A stretch of 64,000 nt of DNA from Escherichia coli (GTDB taxonomy: Bacteria > Pseudomonadota > Gammaproteobacteria > Enterobacterales > Enterobacteriaceae), in the NCBI RefSeq assembly GCF_041248615.1, contig NZ_CP158426.1; one strand, given 5' to 3'. Position 1 is the stretch's first letter; the number at the start of each line of letters is the position of its first letter. The notes below the pieces were generated by a model, which was not told the origin of the DNA, did no database searches, and saw only the letters and a program-made list of their open reading frames with translations. Positions 48,735-60,345 of this stretch are shown here, one piece after another. Made by a program: the position numbers and the translations under genes.

Positions 48735-48936
48735 TCTTTTGTGGTTATTGGGTCATCAGGAACAACATGCAGATTATGCTTTGATTTTTTTGGTGTTATT
48801 ACAGCAGCAACGAGTTTATTAATAAGACACTGACATGCCTGAACATCCCTGACATATCATAATTTCACTTTATTTTTTTAGCTTGTCCTTTCTGGAGCAG
48901 AAATATCTCAACATCGTTTCTGTGGAACAACCTCAT
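48735..48936 (-). pseudogene. degenerate copy of the 71-aa small gene
   Basis: nucleotide homology to 46896-47111 across its length but reading frame disrupted. Confidence 0.35.
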
Positions 48937-49151
48937 TTGCCCCTGAATGTATCATAAATATCAGCATCGGAAAACCAACAGCAATACAGAAGAAACATGT
49001 TAATGCAAATCACTTATACCTATAGATGAAATTACAGTTTTGTTCATAAATATGATAAGTAACTATATTGTGAATAAAATGAAAACTAGCTAAATTAAAC
49101 GTGGGCATGGTGGAATGCCTCGTAATCAATAATACATGATCCGTACTTCCT

Positions 49152-49380
49152 TGTTTTGCCCGCCGGAAAGCGGGCATTTTTTTGGCGGTTACCATCGCCT
49201 CACCTTCCTGGTTCACATGAAGCAACCCTGATTTTCCATGAAAACTTCAGGGTTGAGACAAAAGCACAAAGACAGTAGATTAACCACGGGTACCTTCCAC
49301 CTGACAACAGGAAGGCTGTCCAGTATCAATGACAGACAACTCACATTGCTGTTTTGCCCGCCGGAAAGCGGGCTTTTTTT
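49152..49380 (+). repeat. repeat unit 6, terminator-to-terminator
   Basis: same family; 5' hairpin region diverged, 3' region conserved. Confidence 0.5.
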
Positions 49381-49582
49381 GGCAGTTATCATAGCCGCAC
49401 CTTCCTGGCACATATGAAGCAACCCTGATTTTCCATGAAAACTTCAGGGTTGAGACAAAAGCACAAAAACAGTAGATTAACCACGGGTGCCTGCCACCTG
49501 ACAACAGGAAGGGGTGTCCATTATCCATGATATACAAACGAAAAGTCTTGTCTTTTGCCCGCCAAAGCGCGGGCATTTTTTT
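49351..49582 (+). repeat. repeat unit 7, terminator-to-terminator (shares a terminator with unit 6)
   Basis: same family; directly upstream of hok locus 2. Confidence 0.5.
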
Positions 49583-49793
49583 ATGCATCAGACAAGATAC
49601 AGCCCACCCCAACTGACACCTGAAATATTGCCGCAACAAAAAGAAACGGATGCCTTTCGGCTGATGGCCGGAGGGAAAACCTGAAGGCCGGATGTGGAAA
49701 GGCCCCGGAAAACATCTGTGTTTAACCGAGGCCTGACCCTTCCTACCGTGACAAGTGGAAGGTTAGCGCCTCTTTGTAAAAGGAGCAAGCGCT

Positions 49794-49934
49794 ATACCGC
49801 AAAAAACGATTATTGTTGGCATTTTATGCCTGACAATAACCCTGGTCATCTGGATGGTCCACGATTCGTTATGTGAATTCAGCTTTGATATCTGGGGAGC
49901 GCGTTTTGCGGCGTTCTTGCAGTGTAAACCGTAA
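49794..49934 (+). pseudogene. hok-like toxin gene copy 2 with ATA in place of ATG
   Basis: encodes IPQKTIIVGILCLTITLVIWMVHDSLCEFSFDIWGARFAAFLQCKP; no canonical in-frame start; mok-like frame 49694-49876 overlaps. Confidence 0.45.
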
Positions 49935-50084
49935 GAAACCGCAGCGGGGGAGAAATTCCCCGCTATCCGGTTGTTGGGGTGGGCCGATATGGCGCCCTTT
50001 CCCTGTAGAGACAAAACAAAAAACCAGATTTGCCCGCCATTGAGAGGGCTTTTTTGTCACCCTCACCAGTGAGGGCATCATCAT

Positions 50085-50312
50085 TCAGAGGCGCGTAAGC
50101 CACCCGGCGTTAACATCCTGCCTGTCAACCCTGGCCGCAGAGTCTGAACGGCAGGTACCGGAAGGAGTACCAAAAACATCCCTGACAAGTTCCGCCACCT
50201 TCCCGATATCATCAGGTGTCACATTCCTCACCTCGGCCGTGATCCGTGGCGTACCATCATCGTTAACAAGAGTGGCTTTAAAGCTGGTGCGAAGGGAAAA
50301 CAACATCAACAT
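50085..50312 (-). CDS. hypothetical 75-aa protein at prophage right end
   Basis: strong SD GGGAGGGG before ATG; no recognisable motif. Confidence 0.5.
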   Translation of the reverse strand: MLMLFSLRTSFKATLVNDDGTPRITAEVRNVTPDDIGKVAELVRDVFGTPSGTCRSDSAARVDRQDVNAGWLTRL

Positions 50313-50423
50313 CCCCTCCCTTTGGTTCGTTGCACTGACGGCACGACACCATCAGGAAAAAGAAAAGCCCACAACGTCAGTATTGTGGACTTTTTTCTTC
50401 AAAGATGGACATTATCTGGACAC

Positions 50424-50450
50424 ATGAAAATAAAATCCATTTATTTTCAT
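50424..50450. promoter_or_regulatory. perfect 11-bp-arm inverted repeat ATGAAAATAAA/TTTATTTTCAT next to attR
   Basis: perfect palindrome, 5-bp spacer, 17 bp from the att core. Confidence 0.35.
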
Positions 50451-50467
50451 ATAGTTAAGTACCATGC

Positions 50468-50482
50468 AAAAGCGCCCGCAGG
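50468..50482. repeat. attR core, overlapping the serS intrinsic terminator
   Basis: identical to 10492-10506; continues into GCGCTTTTT terminator 3' of serS. Confidence 0.55.
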
Positions 50483-50510
50483 CGCTTTTTAGATTCAGAA
50501 AAATTGGGTA

Positions 50511-51824
<1,314 letters not shown>

Positions 51825-51893
51825 TTAAATGGGAGATGTGGCCACAGCCTGCGACCACAGGGATACAGTAACAACATTACCGCAACGATAACA

Positions 51894-53237
51894 TTAACGG
51901 TAGCGTTTTATGGGGCTATTTTGATCCTGTTCAGCCAGCCAGGCGAGCTTTTCGCCAATCTTGCCTTCAAGGCCCCTGTTTGTCGGGAAATAATAGCGTG
52001 TTTGTGCTATTTCCGGCGGGAAGTAAACCTCACCGGCAGCATAAGCGTTTGCTTCATCATGAGCGTAACGATATTCCTGCCCGTAGCCCATTTCCTTCAT
52101 TAATTTCGTCGGCGCATTACGCAAATGAACCGGCACGTCATAATCCGGACGTTCGCGAGCATCCGCCAGCGCGGCTTTAAACGCAGTGTAGACAGCGTTG
52201 CTTTTTGGCGCGCAGGCCAGGTAAACAATCGCCTGAGCAATGGCGCGTTCTCCTTCCGCCGGGCCAACTCGGGTAAAGCAATCCCAGGCCGCAATTGCCA
52301 CCTGCATCGCTCGTGGATCAGCATTACCCACATCTTCCGACGCTATCGCCAGACAGCGACGCGCGACATATAACGGATCGCCACCGGCAGTAATAATTCG
52401 CGCATACCAGTACAGCGCCGCATCGGGTGCGCTACCACGTACCGACTTATGCAGTGCGGAAATGAGATCGTAAAAGCGATCGCCTTTGTTATCAAAGCGG
52501 GCGCTACGTTCACCGGCGATTTCGGTCAGTAATTCAGGCTTCAGGACCCGCTTACCGCTATCATCGACTTCGGCCATATCCGCCATCATTTCCAGCGTAT
52601 TTAACGCCCGGCGCGCGTCGCCATTCACCAGTTCAGCAATGGCGCGTCGCGTTTCATCTGGCAGAACTATATCCTGACCACCATAGCCACGGGTTTTGTC
52701 TTCCATCGCCTGAGTAAGCACCTGCTCAATATCCTCTGTACTCAGGGATTTCAGCAGATAGACACGGGCACGGGAAAGCAGTGCCGAGTTAAGTTCAAAC
52801 GACGGGTTTTCAGTGGTTGCGCCAATAAAAGTGATGGTGCCGTCTTCAATATGTGGCAGAAATGCATCCTGCTGGCTTTTGTTGAATCGGTGAACTTCGT
52901 CAACAAAAAGAATAGTGCGGCGACCAGCATTGCGGTTTTGCCGAGCGCGCTCGATCGCCTCGCGAATCTCTTTCACGCCAGAAGTAACGGCAGAAATACG
53001 TTCCACATCAGCGTTCGCATAGCGGGCAATCACTTCAGCGAGGGTTGTTTTGCCGGTACCCGGTGGCCCCCAGAGGATCATAGAATGCAAATGCCCGGCT
53101 TCGATAGCACGCGGCAACGGCTTCCCCGCAGCCAACAAATGTTGCTGGCCGATATACTGTGCTAAATTTTCTGGCCGCATACGCGCGGCCAGAGGTTGAA
53201 AAGTATTATCCGAAAAATCGAGCGACAGATTGCTCAC
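51894..53237 (-). CDS. rarA: replication-associated recombination protein A (AAA+ ATPase)
   Basis: 447 aa; Walker [10 protein letters not shown]. Confidence 0.9.
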
Positions 53238-53247
53238 TCAGGTGCCT

Positions 53248-53859
53248 CTACTTACGTTGATCATCTACCGTTACGCCTTGCGGCGGGGTGAAGGTAAATT
53301 TCGCTGCATCCACAGTCCCATTTTGCTGGGATTTCAGCTGATAACTGCTGCGCTGATCGTCCTGCTCCACCGCGCTAAACTGATGGATTGTGCCATCACG
53401 TCCCACGTTAATGGTGAACTGCTTCAGATTGCCATTGCTGGCTTTCGGCGTCAGGACAAAGTCATCGCCATTCTGTTTGATATTGTACTGCTGCCAGTCG
53501 CTGGACTGGTTGCGGGCAATCAGCATAAACGGCGTATTACCGGTGGCATCTTTCAGCCAGGTTGCCGTAGCTTGCTCAACGAACGGGTTATAGAACCACA
53601 GTGTTTTACCGTCAGAAACCAGAATGCTTTCATCAGGTTGAGTCATATGCCAGTTGAATAAGTTTGGACGTTTCACCCACAGATCGCCCTGGCCTTCCTG
53701 CACCGCCGCGCCGCTACCGTCAGTCACTTTTTGTGTGAAGCTGGCGTGGAAGCTGCTGACTTTATCCAGGCGGCTTTTAAGATCGCTTGCGGCATCAGCC
53801 CAAACGCTGCTTGCTACTAAGCTTGAGAGTAATGCACAGGTGATGGCAATTTTTTTCAT
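53248..53859 (-). CDS. lolA: outer-membrane lipoprotein carrier protein
   Basis: 203 aa with signal peptide [21 protein letters not shown]. Confidence 0.9.
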   Translation of the reverse strand: MKKIAITCALLSSLVASSVWADAASDLKSRLDKVSSFHASFTQKVTDGSGAAVQEGQGDLWVKRPNLFNWHMTQPDESILVSDGKTLWFYNPFVEQATATWLKDATGNTPFMLIARNQSSDWQQYNIKQNGDDFVLTPKASNGNLKQFTINVGRDGTIHQFSAVEQDDQRSSYQLKSQQNGTVDAAKFTFTPPQGVTVDDQRK

Positions 53860-54017
53860 CATTATTCCTCAAATTACGTCACTCCCGATCGGGAGTTCCC
53901 TCTACTCTCTATTCCAGGCTAATAATCAGCTTGAGGAAAGAAGAAAATACTGAATTTTCAGTTGTTAGAGTGCCGGATGCGACGCTACCGAGCCTTATCC
54001 GGCCTACGATGCATTAA

Positions 54018-57000
54018 TTAGTCAAACGGCGGTGGGGCCAGCACTTCACGATTACCGTTGTGCCCCTGTTCGCTGACAATCCCCTGCGCTTCCATCTGTT
54101 CGATAATACGCGCTGCACGGTTATAACCAATGCGGAACTGACGCTGTACGCCAGAAATTGATGCTTTGCGTTTTTCAGTGACAAACTGCACCGCCTGATC
54201 GAACAACGGATCCAGCTCTTCAGCGCCATCGAAACCGCCCGCGCCACCTTCGCTTTCGCTGTCGGAGGTGATGCCATCAACATACTGTGGGCGACCACGC
54301 GCTTTCCAGTCCTGCACCACGGCATGAACTTCCTGATCGCGAACAAAAGCACCATGGACACGTACCGGCAACGTGGAGTTCGGCCCAGAGTAGAGCATAT
54401 CCCCCATACCCAGCAGTGATTCCGCACCAGCCTGATCAAGAATGGTACGTGAGTCAATCTTACTGGATACGGTAAAGGCGATACGGGTCGGAATATTCGC
54501 TTTAATCAGACCAGTAATAACATCAACCGATGGACGCTGCGTTGCCAGTACGAGGTGGATACCCGCGGCACGGGCTTTTTGCGCCAGACGTGCTATAAGC
54601 TCTTCCACTTTTTTACCTACCGTCATCATCAGGTCGGCAAATTCGTCCACCAACACCACAATGTACGGTTCTTTTTTCAGCACCGGATGCTGGGCATCCA
54701 TACTGTCACCCGGCTTCCAGTACGGGTCTGGAATCGGACGCATCATGCGATCGGCTTCAGCAATTTTTTCGTTATAACCCGCCAGATTACGCACACCTAG
54801 GGCGGACATCAGCTTATAACGACGTTCCATTTCATTTACGCACCAGCGCAAAGCGTTGGCAGCATCTTTCATGTCGGTAACGACTTCCGTTAACAGATGC
54901 GGAATGCCTTCATAAACCGAAAGCTCCAGCATTTTCGGGTCGATCATGATGAAACGCACATCTTCTGGCTGTGCTTTATAAAGCATGCTCAGGATCATCG
55001 CGTTCACCCCGACAGACTTACCGGAACCGGTAGTCCCCGCAACCAACAAGTGCGGCATTTTCGCCAGATCGGCAACCACCGGCTCACCGGCGATATCTTT
55101 ACCCAGCACCACGGTTAATGGCGACGGATTATCGCGGAATTTGGCGTTATCCAATACTTCGCGCAGATAAACGGTTTGTCGTTTTTTATTCGGTAACTCC
55201 AGACCTACATAGGGTTTGCCAGGAATAACTTCAACGACACGCACCGCCACCGTCGAAAGTGAACGGGCAAGGTCCCGTGACAAGTTAGAAATGCGCGCCG
55301 CTTTTACGCCCGGTGCCAGGTTAAGTTCAAAGCGAGTGATAACCGGCCCCGGAGAGTAATTGACGACATCGGCTTTAATACGGAAATCAGCCAGACGCGC
55401 TTCCACCAGACGCGCCATTTGTTCAAGCGCAAAGGTATCTACCGGCTCCACTTCGCTCGGCGGCGGTGTCAGCAAATCCAGAGAAGGCAGCGGCGTCGTC
55501 GGTTTATGCAACGGACGGCTGTCACCATTGCGCATCAACAGCGGATGAAGCAGGGTATCATGCGGCTGCGGCGCAACTGGCTGTTGCGGCTGCTGATATT
55601 GCGGCTGCTGTGCAACCGGCTGTTGCGGCTGCTGATATTGCTGCTGCGGCGCAACCGGTTGTTGTGGCTGCTGATATTGCTGCTGCGGTGCAACCGGCTG
55701 TTGCGGCTGCTGATACTGCGGCTGCGGCGCAACTGGTTGCTGCGGCTGCTGATACTGTTGCTGCGGTGCAATCGGTTGTTGCGGCTGCTGTACAGGTTCA
55801 ACAATTGGCGTAAACAGCGGTTCGTGTGGACCATCATCCAGCAACGCTTTCATTGGCGAAAATTCAAAATCATCCAGCGTGAACGGATTCGCCCCAGCCG
55901 GTTGTTCGCCGGAATAACGTTGTTGTTGAGTTTGAGCAAACTGACGAGCCAGTTCAGCCTCTGCCGCAGCATCTGCATCTTCTGCGTTCGCGGGCACATC
56001 ATGTTGATACTGTTCGCCATAGCGTTGCTGCTGTGTCTGGGCGAACTGACGTGCCAGTTCATCCTGCTGCATCGCATCGATTTCATCATCGTTATAATGA
56101 TCGCCGGAATCGTACTGATTGCGCTGGGCTTCACGGGCTTTTTCTTCTGCCGCACGCTGTGAGGGCAGCTTAATACCGTAAGACGCCAGTTCACGACGAG
56201 TTGGCACGCGGATACGTTGCGGTCGTGGCAACTGCGGGCCAATCCCCTCTTTGACCTGCGGACGCGGTCCAGCGCTATTTGCCAGACTGAAGACTGGCGC
56301 GGCAACGGTTGCGGCAGCCCCCGTCGCCAGTGTCGCTTTTTTCACGCCAGATGCCAGAGGGGAAACAGCGGCAGCGGCTTCCACTGGAGGTACTGCTGCA
56401 ACAGAAGGTGCTTTCAGCGAAGATTTGATCGGTTCTGGTTCTTTAACCGGTTCAGGAATCGGTTGATACCAGGCCGCAAGTTGTTCACGTTCACGGGCAC
56501 GCTTCTCTTCCACTTCTTCAAAATAGTAAAGCGGCGGACGCGCGGGTTTTGTTTCTTCTACAACGGGTTCAGGCTCCACAACAGGCTGCTGTTCAACGGG
56601 TTGCGGCTGTTGGTACAACGGCTCCTGAACGGCTGGCTGCTGATAAGTTTGCTCAGTCTGGTATGTAGACTGTGGAGCAAAAGTGGATTGCTGCTCTTCG
56701 GCTTGCCAGGCGTTACCTGCCGCCGATTGTTCTGGCGCAGGGGCGTAATACGGCTGTTGCGCAGACTGTTCCGCCGCAGTTGCGTAATACGGCTGCTGAA
56801 CAGGTTGTTCCGCCGCAGGAGCGTAGTAAGGTTGTTGCACAGGTTGTTCCGCTGCTGGCGCATAATACGGCTGCTGTGGCTGTACAGGTTGTTGCAGCGG
56901 CTCATTATATTGCACTGCAGGCTGCGCATATTGTAGCTGCTGTGGATAACCTTCCGGTGCAGGAGCAATAACCGGCTCTCCCGTTTGTGGCCCCGGTACA

Positions 57001-58085
57001 GGCTGCCAGGCTACTGTAGGTTGTGCAGGTGGAACATCAACAGAGGCAACAGGCGGCGTCTGAGTCACAGGTTCAACCGGCGCAGCCCAGCTTTGTGTCG
57101 CAGTGGTAGCAGCAGCTGCTACAGCAACAGGTTCGGTAATTGGCGCACCGTTTAATAATGGATCGTATTCGTCATATTCTGGCTGCGTTGCACGATTGCC
57201 CGAAAAGAGGACGTCGTCAGGGTCGGCAGCCACACCGCGTGCAGTGTAGGTAATCTCTTCTTCATCATCCATCCGCTTACCGGAGAACAACGCAGCATCT
57301 GTTTGCCGCCCCATCGGATTAATGAATTTTTCCGCCAACCGTTTACGACGCGCTAGCGCGCCGCGAAGAATACGGGCACGGCGTGATTCATGCTGTTTGC
57401 CGTGATTTTCATCTTCATACTCTTCGTCGTCTTCATACTCATCTTCATCGACCCAGGTATCATCGCGACGGGTACGATTACTGGCGAAGGTGAGAATATT
57501 TAAAATCCAGCCGCCGAGTTTTTCAGCAATGGTCACCCATGACCAACCGGTGAACAGCGTCAGACCCGCAGCCCAAACGCAGAGCAGCGCAATAGTTCCC
57601 CCGCTACTGTGTAGCAGTGGTTGTAGCGTAGTGCTTAGTAAGCTGCCAATGACGCCACCGGAGGCAAAATACCAGATATCGTCAGCGTTGATTGCCGCCA
57701 GACCACAGGAGGTAAGGATGAGCGCCAAAACGCCAATGATGCGTAGCGAAACGGCAAAATAATCAATGTATTCGTCGCTGGACTGATGACGCCAGGCAAA
57801 CCAACAACCGCCGACAATAATGACGGGAATGGTGTAAGCCATCACGCCAAAAATAAAGAACAGCGTATCTGCCAGCCATGCACCGGGCATCCCACCTAAA
57901 TTATGGATAGGTTCATGCCAGGCCGTTTGCGACCAGCTGGGGTCCGAAGGGTTAAAGCTTAGTAAGGCAGCCATCAACCAGACGGCAAACAGGACAATAA
58001 GGATCAGCAACGCCTCCAGAAGGCGGCGGCCGCTACTTAACTTTGTCAATGTGACTTCTTTGTCTTCAGTGTATTCCTGGCTCAA
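54018..58085 (-). CDS. ftsK: DNA translocase FtsK
   Basis: 1355 aa; N-terminal TM domain, Pro/Gln-rich linker, C-terminal motor with Walker A GTTGSGKS. Confidence 0.95.
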   Translation of the reverse strand: MSQEYTEDKEVTLTKLSSGRRLLEALLILIVLFAVWLMAALLSFNPSDPSWSQTAWHEPIHNLGGMPGAWLADTLFFIFGVMAYTIPVIIVGGCWFAWRHQSSDEYIDYFAVSLRIIGVLALILTSCGLAAINADDIWYFASGGVIGSLLSTTLQPLLHSSGGTIALLCVWAAGLTLFTGWSWVTIAEKLGGWILNILTFASNRTRRDDTWVDEDEYEDDEEYEDENHGKQHESRRARILRGALARRKRLAEKFINPMGRQTDAALFSGKRMDDEEEITYTARGVAADPDDVLFSGNRATQPEYDEYDPLLNGAPITEPVAVAAAATTATQSWAAPVEPVTQTPPVASVDVPPAQPTVAWQPVPGPQTGEPVIAPAPEGYPQQLQYAQPAVQYNEPLQQPVQPQQPYYAPAAEQPVQQPYYAPAAEQPVQQPYYATAAEQSAQQPYYAPAPEQSAAGNAWQAEEQQSTFAPQSTYQTEQTYQQPAVQEPLYQQPQPVEQQPVVEPEPVVEETKPARPPLYYFEEVEEKRAREREQLAAWYQPIPEPVKEPEPIKSSLKAPSVAAVPPVEAAAAVSPLASGVKKATLATGAAATVAAPVFSLANSAGPRPQVKEGIGPQLPRPQRIRVPTRRELASYGIKLPSQRAAEEKAREAQRNQYDSGDHYNDDEIDAMQQDELARQFAQTQQQRYGEQYQHDVPANAEDADAAAEAELARQFAQTQQQRYSGEQPAGANPFTLDDFEFSPMKALLDDGPHEPLFTPIVEPVQQPQQPIAPQQQYQQPQQPVAPQPQYQQPQQPVAPQQQYQQPQQPVAPQQQYQQPQQPVAQQPQYQQPQQPVAPQPHDTLLHPLLMRNGDSRPLHKPTTPLPSLDLLTPPPSEVEPVDTFALEQMARLVEARLADFRIKADVVNYSPGPVITRFELNLAPGVKAARISNLSRDLARSLSTVAVRVVEVIPGKPYVGLELPNKKRQTVYLREVLDNAKFRDNPSPLTVVLGKDIAGEPVVADLAKMPHLLVAGTTGSGKSVGVNAMILSMLYKAQPEDVRFIMIDPKMLELSVYEGIPHLLTEVVTDMKDAANALRWCVNEMERRYKLMSALGVRNLAGYNEKIAEADRMMRPIPDPYWKPGDSMDAQHPVLKKEPYIVVLVDEFADLMMTVGKKVEELIARLAQKARAAGIHLVLATQRPSVDVITGLIKANIPTRIAFTVSSKIDSRTILDQAGAESLLGMGDMLYSGPNSTLPVRVHGAFVRDQEVHAVVQDWKARGRPQYVDGITSDSESEGGAGGFDGAEELDPLFDQAVQFVTEKRKASISGVQRQFRIGYNRAARIIEQMEAQGIVSEQGHNGNREVLAPPPFD
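55560..55800. repeat. tandem ~48-bp repeats encoding the Gln/Pro-rich FtsK linker
   Basis: repeated [14 protein letters not shown] units; antisense long ORFs here are artefacts. Confidence 0.6.
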
Positions 58086-58219
58086 GAAAGGCTCTCCAGG
58101 TTACAGGCTTTTCCTGCCCGATGCTAAAACGGACAACAGTACCAGGTTACCCCAGTACTGTTGCTGTATGGATTAACAGGAGTGTAATCAAAATACGCCG
58201 ATTTTGCACCTGTTCCGTG

Positions 58220-58714
58220 TTAGCGCGTCTTAATAACCAGACGATTACTCTGCTTGACTTCTTCCATAACAACGTATGTCCGTGTGTCATTGACGCCAGG
58301 CAGACGCAGCAGGGTTTCCCCCAGCAACTTACGGTAAGCTGACATATCCGGCACGCGTGTTTTCAACAGGTAGTCGAAATCACCGGATACTAAATGACAC
58401 TCCTGAATTTCTTCAAGTTTTTGTACAGCGGTATTGAATTGTTCAAACACATCCGGTGCGCCACGATTCAGAGTAATCTCAACGAATACCAGAAGTGATG
58501 CATCCAGATAATGGGGGTTCAGCAGCGCCGTATAGCCCTGAATAAACCCTTGTCTTTCCAGCCGACGCACACGCTCAAGGCACGGCGTTGGGGAAAGTCC
58601 CACACGTTTAGAAAGCTCGACGTTAGAAATACGCCCATCCTTTTGCAACTCATTAAGAATGTTACGATCGATACGGTCGAGATCTTTGCCAGGGCGCTTC
58701 TTGCTATCTACCAT
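58220..58714 (-). CDS. lrp: leucine-responsive regulatory protein
   Basis: 164 aa from MVDSKKRPGKDLDRIDRNIL; track ORF has an 18-codon upstream extension. Confidence 0.95.
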   Translation of the reverse strand: MVDSKKRPGKDLDRIDRNILNELQKDGRISNVELSKRVGLSPTPCLERVRRLERQGFIQGYTALLNPHYLDASLLVFVEITLNRGAPDVFEQFNTAVQKLEEIQECHLVSGDFDYLLKTRVPDMSAYRKLLGETLLRLPGVNDTRTYVVMEEVKQSNRLVIKTR

Positions 58715-59140
58715 TATTATTGTCTCTCTGTATTCCTTCCCTACTCCTGTCTGACCCTGAAACATCACTGTTCAGAGTCGCTACCCGTCACGATAGACCG
58801 AAATCATGAAGATTCACGGCGCGCAATGCCTGGGTCTACGGTGAGAAGACCGTTGCCTTGTGGCAGCTATCGACATCACGAATGGCGTCTGTCCACGCCA
58901 TACGTAGATTTCACTAGCACGGTAAACATGGTATTTACATGCATGGTTATGCGCATATAAGAATACTGTTTTTTTCTTCCTCGAATGTTTTCGCAAAACA
59001 CCAGGGGATTGTCAAAGCAAAACATCGATTTTTAGTACAACATGCCAGATATTCATTAACAGGAGCGTTTATTCATCATTTAATCGGCTTATAAAGCGGG
59101 AAATTTAAGTAGCAGAGGTGATAATGACGGGAGAATTTGA

Positions 59141-60223
<1,083 letters not shown>

Positions 60224-60345
60224 TTTTACAAATCAGTAACAAAAGTAAAGAAGGCGACACCATGCGACTATGGGTCGCCTTTATTTTTTCCTCGTTGTAA
60301 CATTGCTCTGCAAATAATTCTGATAACTCACCTGCTAAGCGTGCA

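Larger units (their letters stand above)
10492..50482. mobile_element. P2-family prophage with cargo, integrated between dmsA and serS
   Basis: full P2-like gene set between a 15-bp direct repeat; host genes dmsA and serS flank it. Confidence 0.85.

Noticed and set aside
47326-49422. Small ORFs inside the repeat units (MENQGCFVCAREGASMAGAKKMPALRRAK-type on minus strand, MKTSGLS-type on plus strand)
   Set aside because: The peptides run through the terminator hairpins and are not conserved in frame or sequence between units, whereas the nucleotide sequence is. Conservation looks RNA or DNA-level.
46760-49582. Possible CRISPR array, given regularly recurring GCCCGCCGG-AAGCGGGC elements
   Set aside because: The recurring elements are terminator hairpins with T-runs, spacing is irregular (200-1200 bp), and the intervening sequences are homologous to one another rather than unique spacers. 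No cas genes.
55419-56936. 247-aa and 239-aa plus-strand ORFs rich in Arg/Leu opposite ftsK
   Set aside because: Artefacts of the tandem Gln/Pro codon repeats in the ftsK linker read on the other strand.
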